Of a stretch of 38,724 bases of DNA, positions 22,242 to 32,498 are shown piece by piece (positions within the stretch are counted from its first letter, which is position 1; each line of letters starts with the position of its first letter). The position numbers were made by a program, and so were the translations under genes. Under the pieces are notes generated by a model that made no database searches, was not told the DNA's origin, and worked only from the letters and a program-made list of their open reading frames with translations. This DNA is from a virus. The stretch spans positions 1 to 38,724 of the IMG/VR virus record IMGVR_UViG_3300037423_001082; one strand, written 5' to 3'.

Positions 22242-25222
22242 TGCTTCAAGATCAGGTCATCAGCGTAAACTTTGGCCAAGGGATTGACACAAAAACCGAT
22301 CCCAAGCTTGTTGTCGCTGGAAAACTCACGCGCCTTGAGAATGGCGTATTCACCAATGCCAAGCGCGTCTCAAAGCGTAACGGCTATGACGCCATTTCCG
22401 CTTCCATCTATGGCGGAGGCACCCTTTCAAGCCCAAAGCTTCTTAAAGCCTACCGCGATGAACTCGTGTGCGCGGATCAGGGCCATTTCTACAGCTACTC
22501 GGTTACTCTTCAAAAGTGGGTGGATAAAGGAAATTACGTCTCGGTTGCTGTCACAAACTCCCAAATCTCTGGCACCACCACATTTGCAAATAATCTTTAT
22601 TCCACGCAAATGAGTCAAAGTTCAGCCGTCTCTGGCAATTACGTGATTAGCACTTGGGCCGCCAATCTTGGCTCACCGTCTTACTCAATTTACGCAACGA
22701 TCAGAGACACAGCAACTGGGCTTAACATCTATCCAGAAACAGCACTCGTTAGCGCATCAGCCGCACTTCCCGCACCAAAAGTCGTGACATTGGGCTCTGG
22801 CGTCTTTGGCGTTTTCTACATTAGTAGTTCACTCACTTCTCTTCTTTGCATTACGCTCACGGTGACAAGCTCTGGTGTCACCGTTTCATCGCCTCTCACA
22901 ATTGCAACGGACTTTGGCTATAGATACTTCTTTGATGTCGTGGCAACAGCTTCAGGCTGCGCGCTGATTTATAACGCTGTGGTTTCTTCTGTTCAAAACG
23001 CAGCCGTTAAGATTCTCACCATTGATTCAAACGGACTTGTCACGCATACGGCAACAAATACGACTGCGGGACGTAGTGCATCTATTCCCTATCCTGTGAC
23101 AGTATCTTACGATTCAGCCAATGCGCAGATCTGGGCAATCTACACGGTGGGTGCAACGACATCCTCCATGTCATTCACCTATTACTGCTACAATTCAACG
23201 CTCTCTTCCGTTGTAGCAAGCGGCACATTTGGATTATCCACTGACACGATCACAAAGATCGGCGCCTGCACGGATTCTGCGGGCTCTCAGATCCTGATTT
23301 ACAATTACGCAAACCCGACACTATCAACACTGTCCAACATGGCGGCTTATAGGCTCACGAACGCGGGCACTGCGTTTGTCTATAACTTTAGCTCAAACGC
23401 CATTGATCTCTTCTCAAAACCATTCGTTATATCAAACAAAGTCTATGTAACTGGTATTTATTACAATACTCTACCTACGCAAAACACTTGCTTTGTTTTT
23501 GACGTGGCGAGCGGAACGGTGGCGTCAAAGTTTCTCCTGCATTCTGCTTGGAAAGAAAGCGCTGAAGGCGTTGTTACCTACCCAGTCAATCAGATCACAG
23601 CAACAAAAGTCTCGCTTCTTTGCCCCTACATCATGGCATCAGAACAAGTGGGCGGAATCTCACAACTGACACCACTCATTGGTTCAACGCTCATTACCTT
23701 GGATTTTGACCACCAGGACTCCTACCAGGCTACGCAAGCGGACAATGCGCTCATTCTTAATGGCGGATCTCCAAAGCTTTATGATGGCAATTCACTCTCA
23801 AACTTTGGCTTTGATGTTTATCCAGTTGTGACCGCGACTGCAGCGGGCTCTGGCACAAGCACCATGGCCGTAGGCACCTATGTGTACTATGCAGTTTATC
23901 AGTGGGTGGATGCAAATGGAGATGTCCACTATTCCACTCCTAGCGATGCGGTTTCTATAACACTTGCGGGCGCCAATAATGGCGTAAACCTCACCGTTTC
24001 AAACTATCCATTCAGAGATAAATCAAACGTTCAGGTTCTAGTCTTTAGAACCACGGCAAATGGTGTCGCTGCCTATCTCATGAAAGCGTTTCAAAACGCA
24101 GCATCAAGCTATTCTCAGAGCTTTCAAGATCTCTCTTCTGATTCAGATCTCTCGTTATCTTCCGCACAAGCGCTCTATACCAATGGCGGCGTCATTGAGA
24201 ACACCGCATGCCCTCCTTCTCTCATTCATCTCATCCACAACAACAGGTTTTGGGTGCTTGATTCGGAAACATCAAACTCTTGGTGGTATTCAAAGACGTT
24301 AGGCCCTGGCATCGGCGTCTCCATGAGTGATCTACTCACCTATCAGGCTGACTCGATTGGCGGCGAATCGACAGGTGGAGCATCGCTTGATGACAAACTG
24401 GTGATCTTTAAGCGCACGATGCCTCTTTTTGTGTCAGGGGATGGCGCAAACGATTCGGGAGCGAACGCAACTCTCACAACGTGCCAGCGAATTCCATCTG
24501 ACACGGGCTGTAAATACTCAAAAAGCGTAGTTGTCGGGCCAAATGGCGTGATGTTCAAGGGCGATAAAGGAATCTACCTTCTTGATCGCTCACTGGGCAT
24601 GTCCTACGTGGGTGCAGAAGCGGAAAGCTATAATTCCTACAACGTAACAAGCGCAGTACTGCTTCAGAGCGTGAACCAGATTAGGTTCTTAACGTCTGAT
24701 GGTACCACACTGGTCTTTGACTACATCTTTAATCAGTGGTCAACGTTCACCAATCACCAGGGCTATGCGGCCACGATCTGGCAAGGCGTTTATTGTTACG
24801 TTAGAACGGATGGCGCAATCTACAAAGAGAACGCATCCTCTTATCGCGACAACGCCACAGCGTTTGCTCTTAAGGCACAAACGGCGTGGCTTAAGCTTTC
24901 CGCCGTTCAAGGATTTCAGCGCGTGCGAAGGCTTGGGCTTTTGGGTGATTACACCGGAGCATCGGGCCACGGCGTTCAGATCTCTGCCTCCTACGACTAC
25001 GGAACCACCTTCTCAACGGCTATTCAGTATCTACCATCGGCATCCTCTGGCGTGCTTCAGTACCGTGAGCGTCTGCCGCAGCAGAAGTGCGAAGCCATCC
25101 AGCTTCTCATTGAGGAAGTGACAACAGGTGCCAGTGGTGAGTTTATCGACTTTACGGATTTAACGTTTGAAGCAGGACTAAAACGCGGCATGAACAAGAT
25201 GCCAGCAGGGCAGAGTGTCTAA
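22241..25222 (+). CDS. Tail tubular protein B / nozzle, T7 gp12-like (993 aa)
   Basis: The N-terminus VNFGQGIDTKTDP...LENGVFTNAKRVSKRNG parallels T7 gp12 NLKGGISQQPD...QVNGW...GLQKRPP. The C-terminal QRVRRLGLLGDY...YRERLP...FEAGLKRG parallels the gp12 C-terminus. Confidence 0.65.
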   Translation: MLQDQVISVNFGQGIDTKTDPKLVVAGKLTRLENGVFTNAKRVSKRNGYDAISASIYGGGTLSSPKLLKAYRDELVCADQGHFYSYSVTLQKWVDKGNYVSVAVTNSQISGTTTFANNLYSTQMSQSSAVSGNYVISTWAANLGSPSYSIYATIRDTATGLNIYPETALVSASAALPAPKVVTLGSGVFGVFYISSSLTSLLCITLTVTSSGVTVSSPLTIATDFGYRYFFDVVATASGCALIYNAVVSSVQNAAVKILTIDSNGLVTHTATNTTAGRSASIPYPVTVSYDSANAQIWAIYTVGATTSSMSFTYYCYNSTLSSVVASGTFGLSTDTITKIGACTDSAGSQILIYNYANPTLSTLSNMAAYRLTNAGTAFVYNFSSNAIDLFSKPFVISNKVYVTGIYYNTLPTQNTCFVFDVASGTVASKFLLHSAWKESAEGVVTYPVNQITATKVSLLCPYIMASEQVGGISQLTPLIGSTLITLDFDHQDSYQATQADNALILNGGSPKLYDGNSLSNFGFDVYPVVTATAAGSGTSTMAVGTYVYYAVYQWVDANGDVHYSTPSDAVSITLAGANNGVNLTVSNYPFRDKSNVQVLVFRTTANGVAAYLMKAFQNAASSYSQSFQDLSSDSDLSLSSAQALYTNGGVIENTACPPSLIHLIHNNRFWVLDSETSNSWWYSKTLGPGIGVSMSDLLTYQADSIGGESTGGASLDDKLVIFKRTMPLFVSGDGANDSGANATLTTCQRIPSDTGCKYSKSVVVGPNGVMFKGDKGIYLLDRSLGMSYVGAEAESYNSYNVTSAVLLQSVNQIRFLTSDGTTLVFDYIFNQWSTFTNHQGYAATIWQGVYCYVRTDGAIYKENASSYRDNATAFALKAQTAWLKLSAVQGFQRVRRLGLLGDYTGASGHGVQISASYDYGTTFSTAIQYLPSASSGVLQYRERLPQQKCEAIQLLIEEVTTGASGEFIDFTDLTFEAGLKRGMNKMPAGQSV

Positions 25223-25599
25223 TGATTGCTGAAAAGTACATCGATCATGAGCACTATAATCAGGTATGCGCGTGGGCAATTTCTCGCAAACTTAAGGCCC
25301 CGCCGTCAAAGTTACTGCCACAAACGGGCCGAATTGTGTCTGGACATGCTGCTGTATTTTTGTATCGTACTGACTCGCAAGTGGGCTTCATTGAGAACTT
25401 GATTAGTAATCCTGATGCCCGGAGCGCATCGGATGCCATTGATCTTTGCCTTGAAGCCATTGAGCAAGATGCACAAGATCTTGGCGTGTCGTTACTTTGG
25501 GGATCCACATACATCCCAGGCGTTGCAGACCGTGTGAGACGCCGTGGATTTCGCGTTTCAAACCGTGAGTACCGACTAGTGACAAAGGAGTTGTCATGA
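25222..25599 (+). CDS. GNAT-like fold protein with a degenerate CoA motif (125 aa)
   Basis: VGFIENLISNPDARSASDAIDLCLEAIEQDAQDLGVSLLWGST...RVRRRGFRV follows GNAT beta4-alpha3-beta5-alpha4 topology. 1-nt and 4-nt overlaps with both neighbours. Confidence 0.4.
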   Translation: MIAEKYIDHEHYNQVCAWAISRKLKAPPSKLLPQTGRIVSGHAAVFLYRTDSQVGFIENLISNPDARSASDAIDLCLEAIEQDAQDLGVSLLWGSTYIPGVADRVRRRGFRVSNREYRLVTKELS

Positions 25600-27446
25600 G
25601 CTTCTTAGGAGACATTTTAGGCACTGAAAACGATTACAGGGCAAGCCCAAATAACGCGGAAAACCCTTACGCCCAAAGCGCGATTCAGCAGCAGCTCAAC
25701 AATCAGGGCTTTGCCGTCACCGGCCAGAAGGATCTAGCTGGAATGCTTCAGGCGCAAGCCGCAGGCTTAGGCCCCAGTGCTTCGCAAACGTTACTCAATA
25801 ACGCACAAGCGCAAAACGCTGCTGCGATGAATTCAGCGATTGCTGGAAACCGTGGTGTAAATGCGGGCATGGCCATGCGCCAAGCAATGAATCAGACTGC
25901 ACTCAACAATCAAGCCTTGGCAGGGCAAGCCGCAGCAGCGCGCCAGCAAGAACAAATGAATGCACAGGGATTACTGAATAATGTCTATGGCAACATCGGA
26001 CAGCAATCCATTCAGTCTCAAGCCTTGATGAATCAAGCCAACTTGGGCACTCAGCAAATAAATGCGGGAATCACTCAAGGAAATACGCACGATAAGAATC
26101 AACTTACAGGAGGGTTCATCAATTCTCTTGGCGGCGCAAGTGCGGCGTACCTCGGAAAATCTCACGGCGGCTTCATTGAAGGCGCCGCTCCTATTCCAGG
26201 TGACTCACCCAAGAATGACATTGTTCCAACGATGCTCTCTCCGGGTGAAATCGTGATTCCGCGCTCTCACTCATCTGATCCAGAAAGCGCCAAGGCTTTC
26301 ATTGATCACATCATGAGCCCTGTCGGTAAAGAGCGCTCCTATCGTTCCGTTCTTGAAGCTCAAAGAAGGCTTGAAGAGGCGCGTGCCGCCCTTGAGGCTC
26401 GAAAGAGCCCTAAGAAGATGTCTGATGGCGGCGAAGTCACTCCTGACTACGGCGATGACGCTGAAGGAAGAGCAGCCCAAGGGCTTATGAGTATGTACAA
26501 CGCTGCCAAGAATAGCCCAACAGTTCAGAAGGCTTTGGATTTTAGCGGCAATCTGAACAGCTATTACAACATGGCAAACTCTGCTGCTCATGGTGATCCC
26601 GACGCGCAGAAAAGCCTGATTGACGATCACTTGGCAACCGTTGCGGGAACCGTGAGAGCAACGCCAACCGGGAAACTCCTTGGAACGGTTGAGCCAGAGA
26701 TGGCTTCAAGCCGAATGGTTCAAGCTGGCCTTAGAAACGAAGCCAAGCAGTCGGGGCTTGAATTTGGATCACAACGGGCCATTAAGGCGCCAGCAATCGG
26801 CGAACGTTATGCCGACATTAAGCCAGTGGAAAAACCCATCCCCATGGCTGAGCAAGTGAAAGCTCGATTTGGCGATGATGTTCCGGATGCTTATTGGGAA
26901 AAGCTTCAGTCCAAAGCCGAAAAGAACAACACGCCTTATGAGCCAATCATCTACAAAGGAAAACACGCCGGATTCTTTCCCAACGAAGAAGCCGTTCCTA
27001 GCGGGATGATTGGAAATCCGAAAGACTTCGCCAATCCCAATGACGCTAAGATTTTTGAGCGCGATCCGTTCGGATGGTATGACATGAAGTACGGAGCCAC
27101 TAAGAGACTTCTTGAAAAGCATGCAGAAGCTGGATTGCCAGCTCACGTCACTACTGCATCCGATCTTATCGCTCATGACGACTATGTGAATGCGCTCCCT
27201 AGAAACTCTCATGTGAACCTTGTGCTCACTAATCCGCTTGATGGAGAACGTGGTTTTAATAACCCATTCCCATCAAACAAGCGGATGTTAACAGCGTATG
27301 ACAAGCTCAAGAAACAAGGCGTGAGCGCAACAGTGCTGGTCAGAGATCCGGCTACAAAAACACTGAAGCCTCTTGATCCGTTCACATTGAAAAAACTTCA
27401 GAACGCAGAGAACGCATTCTGGAGCCCAACGGAGGCAGCGGAGTAA
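25596..27446 (+). CDS. Internal virion / ejection-type protein with a Q/N/A-rich N-terminus (616 aa)
   Basis: Position after the nozzle. GDSPKNDIVPTMLSPGEIVIPRS resembles a motif I recall from podovirus internal proteins. Confidence 0.5.
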   Translation: MSFLGDILGTENDYRASPNNAENPYAQSAIQQQLNNQGFAVTGQKDLAGMLQAQAAGLGPSASQTLLNNAQAQNAAAMNSAIAGNRGVNAGMAMRQAMNQTALNNQALAGQAAAARQQEQMNAQGLLNNVYGNIGQQSIQSQALMNQANLGTQQINAGITQGNTHDKNQLTGGFINSLGGASAAYLGKSHGGFIEGAAPIPGDSPKNDIVPTMLSPGEIVIPRSHSSDPESAKAFIDHIMSPVGKERSYRSVLEAQRRLEEARAALEARKSPKKMSDGGEVTPDYGDDAEGRAAQGLMSMYNAAKNSPTVQKALDFSGNLNSYYNMANSAAHGDPDAQKSLIDDHLATVAGTVRATPTGKLLGTVEPEMASSRMVQAGLRNEAKQSGLEFGSQRAIKAPAIGERYADIKPVEKPIPMAEQVKARFGDDVPDAYWEKLQSKAEKNNTPYEPIIYKGKHAGFFPNEEAVPSGMIGNPKDFANPNDAKIFERDPFGWYDMKYGATKRLLEKHAEAGLPAHVTTASDLIAHDDYVNALPRNSHVNLVLTNPLDGERGFNNPFPSNKRMLTAYDKLKKQGVSATVLVRDPATKTLKPLDPFTLKKLQNAENAFWSPTEAAE

Positions 27447-27448
27447 CT

Positions 27449-29155
27449 ATGTCACACGATGATATTTTGCACGACGCAGAACACGCCGCTATCATGCACC
27501 AGATGCCGCATGTGAATCTGGGAAGCGGGAAGAAAAAGCCAATGAAGATGGCCGATGGCGGCGTGGTTCCCGATCCCACCGATGAGCAGCTAAGGGCCAT
27601 TATCGGAAATGGAATAAGAAGCTATTCCACTCCTGCAGCCAATCCAACGGCTGAGAACGTGGGCGATGGGTATTACCGCCTCCCTGATGGAGTAAGTGGC
27701 GCAAGCCGTGCACCTGCTTCTTTCTTGGGAGATCTTGGCCAATCTGTTGGCAGCACGATTAGAACAGGCATTGGTGATGCTACAGACGCTTTCAAGTCTG
27801 TCACGTCCCCTGTTCTGGACGCCGGAAAAGGCTTCATTCAAGGACTTACTGGTGCTCAATCACAGGCGTCTACACCTGCACAGCCTGCAAATCCTGGCGC
27901 TCCATCAATCTTGACCGATTCGCAACAACAAGCGTCACTCGAGCGGCAAGCGCTCATGGGCGCAAACGGTGGTCCGTCTCCCGCTTCAACTGGCGGTAAC
28001 AAAACCCAAGCGCAAGCGCGAGACATTCAACTTCCCCCCGACATGCAGAAAGCCTACGACATGCAACTGGCGGGCATCAAAGGAAGTGCCAATGTTGCTC
28101 AGATGGCTGGCGATTCGGCCATGAAAGCATGGAATGACTACAATGGGCAGAGCAATCAACACGCGAAAGAGTATCAGACACGTCTTGCGGCAATTGATAA
28201 TGAGCAAAGTGAACTCGCCAAGAAGTTTTCTGACGGAAAGATTGATCCAAACCGCGTTTGGCATAACACATCAACTGGAAACAAAATCTTAGCAGGCATT
28301 GGGCTTCTTCTGTCTGGCATTGGCTCTGGGCTCTCAGGACAAAAGAACATGGCCTTGGAGATCATACAAAAGAAGATCGATCAAGACATTGACGCTCAGA
28401 AGGCTGATAAAGAGAACTCACGATCCCTTTTCCAGATGAACATGGAGAAGTATAAAAACGCTCAACTTGCTGAAGAAGCAACACGCCTTCAGATGAATAC
28501 GGCGCTCAACGCCAAGCTTGAAGCGATTAAGGCTTCTACTGGATCACTGCAGGCCAAGTACAACGCCGACATTCTTCAAAGCCAGGTTAAGATGCAAATG
28601 GCACAGCAGAAGCACCAGCTTGCCATGCTGCAGATGCAGGCGTCTGTCTACGGCGGAGCTGGTCAAGGCGGAGTTCCGATCGGTAAAGAGCCTCCCATGC
28701 TTCTTCTTGATGAGAAGTATAGAGAGAACCGCGTTCCGATCAACGGCACTGCCTATCAGGCAGCCACAAAAGAAGGCGCTGAGCATCTTAGAAAGATGGA
28801 GTCCATGTATCAGCCCATCGTTAAAGACATCGCACTTCTTCAAGGGCTTGGGCCATCAGCGATTGCGGATCCCGAAAAGCGCGTCAGAGCCAAAGCTGCC
28901 TTGGGCCGCATCGCAATGGCACTCAATGAATTCAATGGGTACAACCGTTTTACTGAGATGGATGACAAGACGCTCAGAGAGCAATTCAACGATCCATCGG
29001 CCCTGATGAGCATCTTCCAAGGTAGGGGCGCAACGATGGACACGCTCAATGCACTCAAGACTAAGCTTGATAATGAGCGAAGCAAGAATCTGATCGGCTA
29101 CCGGGGCGCTGCTGATTATCCCATGAACGTGAAAGGCAACATCAATGGCCGGTGA
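27449..29155 (+). CDS. Internal virion / ejection-type protein with one TM-like segment (568 aa)
   Basis: KILAGIGLLLSGIGSGLSG hydrophobic segment, followed by long Q/A/M-rich helices. Confidence 0.5.
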   Translation: MSHDDILHDAEHAAIMHQMPHVNLGSGKKKPMKMADGGVVPDPTDEQLRAIIGNGIRSYSTPAANPTAENVGDGYYRLPDGVSGASRAPASFLGDLGQSVGSTIRTGIGDATDAFKSVTSPVLDAGKGFIQGLTGAQSQASTPAQPANPGAPSILTDSQQQASLERQALMGANGGPSPASTGGNKTQAQARDIQLPPDMQKAYDMQLAGIKGSANVAQMAGDSAMKAWNDYNGQSNQHAKEYQTRLAAIDNEQSELAKKFSDGKIDPNRVWHNTSTGNKILAGIGLLLSGIGSGLSGQKNMALEIIQKKIDQDIDAQKADKENSRSLFQMNMEKYKNAQLAEEATRLQMNTALNAKLEAIKASTGSLQAKYNADILQSQVKMQMAQQKHQLAMLQMQASVYGGAGQGGVPIGKEPPMLLLDEKYRENRVPINGTAYQAATKEGAEHLRKMESMYQPIVKDIALLQGLGPSAIADPEKRVRAKAALGRIAMALNEFNGYNRFTEMDDKTLREQFNDPSALMSIFQGRGATMDTLNALKTKLDNERSKNLIGYRGAADYPMNVKGNINGR

Positions 29156-32066
29156 TCTTACGCCGCAGCTTCCGCAGGAAGTCCACGTTGTTGATTCCGA
29201 TGGAAACATCGGCACAATGGATGTGGCTTCCGCTCGAGAAGCCATTAAGGCTGGCGTATACCGTCCTGCGAGTGCACAAGATCTTCAAAACCTATCGGAT
29301 CAGCAGACTTTTGGTGAAGGTGCGGGCTCAGCACTCAAGGCGTTTGGCGCAGGGGCTGCGCGTTCCGCGACGTTTGGGCTATCCGATCAGTTCTTAACTG
29401 GAAGTGGGCTTACTTCTCCTGAAACTCTATCCAAGCTTAAAGAGCACCGCCCAGGCGCCTCACTTGCTGGCGAAGTCGCAGGCATTGCTGGCATGCTTGC
29501 GGCCCCCGAAGTTGAAGGCTTAGGACTCTTAGGAGAAGCCGCAAATCCGGTTCGTGCGGTATCAAAGATTGGGCATGCGGCAACGGAAGCAGCAGTTCCT
29601 CTAGCGGAGCGGGCGGCTGGTGCGGTCGCAGGCGCTGAAACGTCTCCTATCGTAAACAAGATCGTCTCAAAAGCTATCTCCATGGGCGCTGGATCCGCCG
29701 TTGAAGGTGCAGCCTATGGCTTAGGACAGGCAGTCAGTGAAGATGCGCTTGGAAACCCAGAAGCATTGGGCGATAAGCTTCTTTCACATGTGGGCTATGG
29801 CGCACTTCTTGGTGGAACGCTTGGGGGTGCCGTGGGCGGCATTGCGGGTGCGGCCACTGGCGTCACTCAGAAATATCTCCCAAAGTTTCTCATGCCTGCG
29901 GATAAGGCAGCACTTGAAGCGGGCGACCTTTCTGCAAGCATTAGGACTTCAGACCTTCCAGAAGCCGAAAAGAAGCAGTTCTTTAAAGGGCTCACTGAGA
30001 CAAAAGAAAACGCCAAAGAGATCATCGAAGCAGGTGCTGAGATTGGGGCGCCTGTTCTTGAAAGCCAAACCTCTGCAAGCAAGGTGGTGCAGGATCTTGA
30101 TAGTGCTCTTATCAACAATAAAGCACCAACTAGCGCCGTCTTAAGACGAAAAGAACTTGTAGACCAAGGTTATAAAGCCGTTAATCGGGTTGTGAATGAC
30201 TCGGTAGGTGCAGAATCAGCACTTTCCGCAGCAGAAACTGGTGATCTTCTTAAAAAAGCAGTCTCTGAGAAGATTGAGCAAGAATACGCGCCACTTAAAG
30301 AACTCTACAAAGAGATTGAGCCCTACCAGGAAGCAATCCCACTCACCGATAAGAACATGGGCCCACTTTCTCGCAATATCAACAAGATCATCGAAGAACA
30401 GCGGCTCATTGAAGGCACTGCCCGCTACAATTTTGTCAAAAACGTCGCTGACAGTATCGATCAGGTCAAAGACCTTGCATGGCTGAAAAACTTTAGAACA
30501 GAGGTCTCCAAGTCTGCTCCAATGGAAGCGAAAGACTTGGCCCGTGCGATCAATGAGAAGCTAAACGGTGTTGAAGAACGGGCGATTAAGAAATTCGCTC
30601 AAACCATGAAAAGCTCTCAAGCCAAAGAGAAGATCATGGCGCTACTCGATCAACTCGATCAGGCCAAAGAGGGATACAAGGCACTCCGAAGCAAGATGGA
30701 GGAGCTCGGAAAGGTGCTCGGTAAGAAGACCATTCGCGGTCCTCAAGACTTCTTAGATCATCTGGATGAGATGACGCCAGAGAAGTTTTTAAAGAAAGCA
30801 TTCGCAAAAGATAATTCTGAATTTCTTAAGTTCTTTCAAAAGAACTTCCCTGAAGAAACAGAATTTCTCATGCGCTACCAGCGCGGGGAGATGGCCAGAG
30901 CCGCCATGGCCGATGGCAAAATCGATCCAAAGAAGCTCTTTAAGCAGATCGACGCTCTAAGCCCAGAACTCAAGAACATTATGTTTAAGCCTGAAGAACT
31001 TAAGAAGCTTCAGGCCGCAAGAACCTGGGTGGAAGCACTCCCTAAAGACATCAACCCGTCCGGCACCGATCACACACGCGCAGCACGCGACTACTTTGAA
31101 GGAGCAGGTGCGGGTGCCGCAATCGGCATGGGCATTGCCGGTCCTGCGGGTGCGATTCCAGGCGCAATCTTGGGAGCTGCTGGCAAAAAGGTTCTTGCTG
31201 AGGTGAGAGATCATGGCATTGAAGCGTTTGTCAAAGCCGCTGGCCGCATTGATCCAGAAGGCGCAACCAAAGTTGCGGGCCTGGCATCTCTTGAGCGCAC
31301 CTCCCAGAAGCAAACACAAGCGATCGCATCGGGTGCAAAGGCCATCTTTAAAACGGCTCAAAAGGCGGCACTCCCCGCTTCCGCTGTGATTGGCTTTGCC
31401 GTTGCCGCAAAAGATGACCACAAGGACATTATCAAAAAGATTGATCAGCTTCAGGCAAGTCCAGAGCACTTTATTGACCACTTAGACGCACAAACGAGTG
31501 CTCTTTATCAGATCGCACCAAAGACCGCAGGCGCGGTCCAGCAGACAGCGATTCGCGCCACGCAATTCTTACATGACAAGGCGCCAAGGACGCAGCAAGC
31601 AGGCCCACTTCAGCGGAAGTTACCGCCATCTCAGGCTGAAATCACGAAATTCAAGCAATACTATGACACCGTTCAGAACCCAGTGGGTGTTTTAAAGAAT
31701 GTGGCCGCAGGCTTTGTGACGCCTGAGCAGATTGAAACGCTAGGTAACGTGTATCCCACGCTCTTTGCAGAGATGAAATCCACGGTTCTTGAGCATCTGA
31801 TGGAGCACATGGCGAATCCTGGCTTTGAGCTTCCGTATAAAAAGCGCTCAGCACTTGCCATGTTCTTAGGCCAAGACTTGGATGGCTCACTGTCTCCGCA
31901 GGCGATTCAAACCAATCAAATGGCCATGAACCAGCTTGGAGCGCAGCAAGCCAAGCAAGACATGATGACACAAGCCAAGGTTTCCCAGACAGGAATGGGA
32001 AAGATCAACGCCGCAGGCAGGATGCTTACGGCAATGCAGACAACCGCACAAAGGGAGAATGCATAA
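29145..32066 (+). CDS. Large internal virion / DNA-ejection-type protein (973 aa)
   Basis: Gly/Ala-rich N-terminus, then mostly helical. The position corresponds to T7 gp15/gp16. No transglycosylase motif recognised. Confidence 0.5.
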   Translation: MAGDLTPQLPQEVHVVDSDGNIGTMDVASAREAIKAGVYRPASAQDLQNLSDQQTFGEGAGSALKAFGAGAARSATFGLSDQFLTGSGLTSPETLSKLKEHRPGASLAGEVAGIAGMLAAPEVEGLGLLGEAANPVRAVSKIGHAATEAAVPLAERAAGAVAGAETSPIVNKIVSKAISMGAGSAVEGAAYGLGQAVSEDALGNPEALGDKLLSHVGYGALLGGTLGGAVGGIAGAATGVTQKYLPKFLMPADKAALEAGDLSASIRTSDLPEAEKKQFFKGLTETKENAKEIIEAGAEIGAPVLESQTSASKVVQDLDSALINNKAPTSAVLRRKELVDQGYKAVNRVVNDSVGAESALSAAETGDLLKKAVSEKIEQEYAPLKELYKEIEPYQEAIPLTDKNMGPLSRNINKIIEEQRLIEGTARYNFVKNVADSIDQVKDLAWLKNFRTEVSKSAPMEAKDLARAINEKLNGVEERAIKKFAQTMKSSQAKEKIMALLDQLDQAKEGYKALRSKMEELGKVLGKKTIRGPQDFLDHLDEMTPEKFLKKAFAKDNSEFLKFFQKNFPEETEFLMRYQRGEMARAAMADGKIDPKKLFKQIDALSPELKNIMFKPEELKKLQAARTWVEALPKDINPSGTDHTRAARDYFEGAGAGAAIGMGIAGPAGAIPGAILGAAGKKVLAEVRDHGIEAFVKAAGRIDPEGATKVAGLASLERTSQKQTQAIASGAKAIFKTAQKAALPASAVIGFAVAAKDDHKDIIKKIDQLQASPEHFIDHLDAQTSALYQIAPKTAGAVQQTAIRATQFLHDKAPRTQQAGPLQRKLPPSQAEITKFKQYYDTVQNPVGVLKNVAAGFVTPEQIETLGNVYPTLFAEMKSTVLEHLMEHMANPGFELPYKKRSALAMFLGQDLDGSLSPQAIQTNQMAMNQLGAQQAKQDMMTQAKVSQTGMGKINAAGRMLTAMQTTAQRENA

Positions 32067-32123
32067 ACCAGCCTGAACTTTAATCGACCAGTTCAGACGT
32101 TCCCACAAGGAAGGGGGAATACA

Positions 32124-32495
32124 ATGGCTCAAAAAGACGTAATCCAGCCTTACAAGCTAGCCTCTGCTCAGGACATGAGCACAAGCTTTCAGACAACGCG
32201 AACCAATATTCAGTACATGGACCGCGTTTCCATCTCCATCAATGTGCTGTCTGGCACGCCATCAGGAACCTTCTACTTGGAAGGCCGCACGTCCCTATCG
32301 AATGCACAAAACGCAGCAGTTATTGGCCCAACAACAGAATGGATGCGCTTAGGAGCAGGACAGACGGCACCCGCTTCTGGAGCAGCGATTGGCTGGGATG
32401 TGGGCCACACTGGATGCACCGAACTTAGAATCAATTACGCTTCCGTGTCTGGGAGCGGCACCTGCGACATTTGGATTGCAGCAAAAAGGAGCTAA
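32124..32495 (+). CDS. Small beta-sandwich-like protein (123 aa), paralog of 35498..35833
   Basis: GGAAGGGGG upstream of the start. Shares GTFxLE...W...LRINY...SGSG with the 111-aa protein. Confidence 0.5.
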   Translation: MAQKDVIQPYKLASAQDMSTSFQTTRTNIQYMDRVSISINVLSGTPSGTFYLEGRTSLSNAQNAAVIGPTTEWMRLGAGQTAPASGAAIGWDVGHTGCTELRINYASVSGSGTCDIWIAAKRS

Positions 32496-32498
32496 ACC

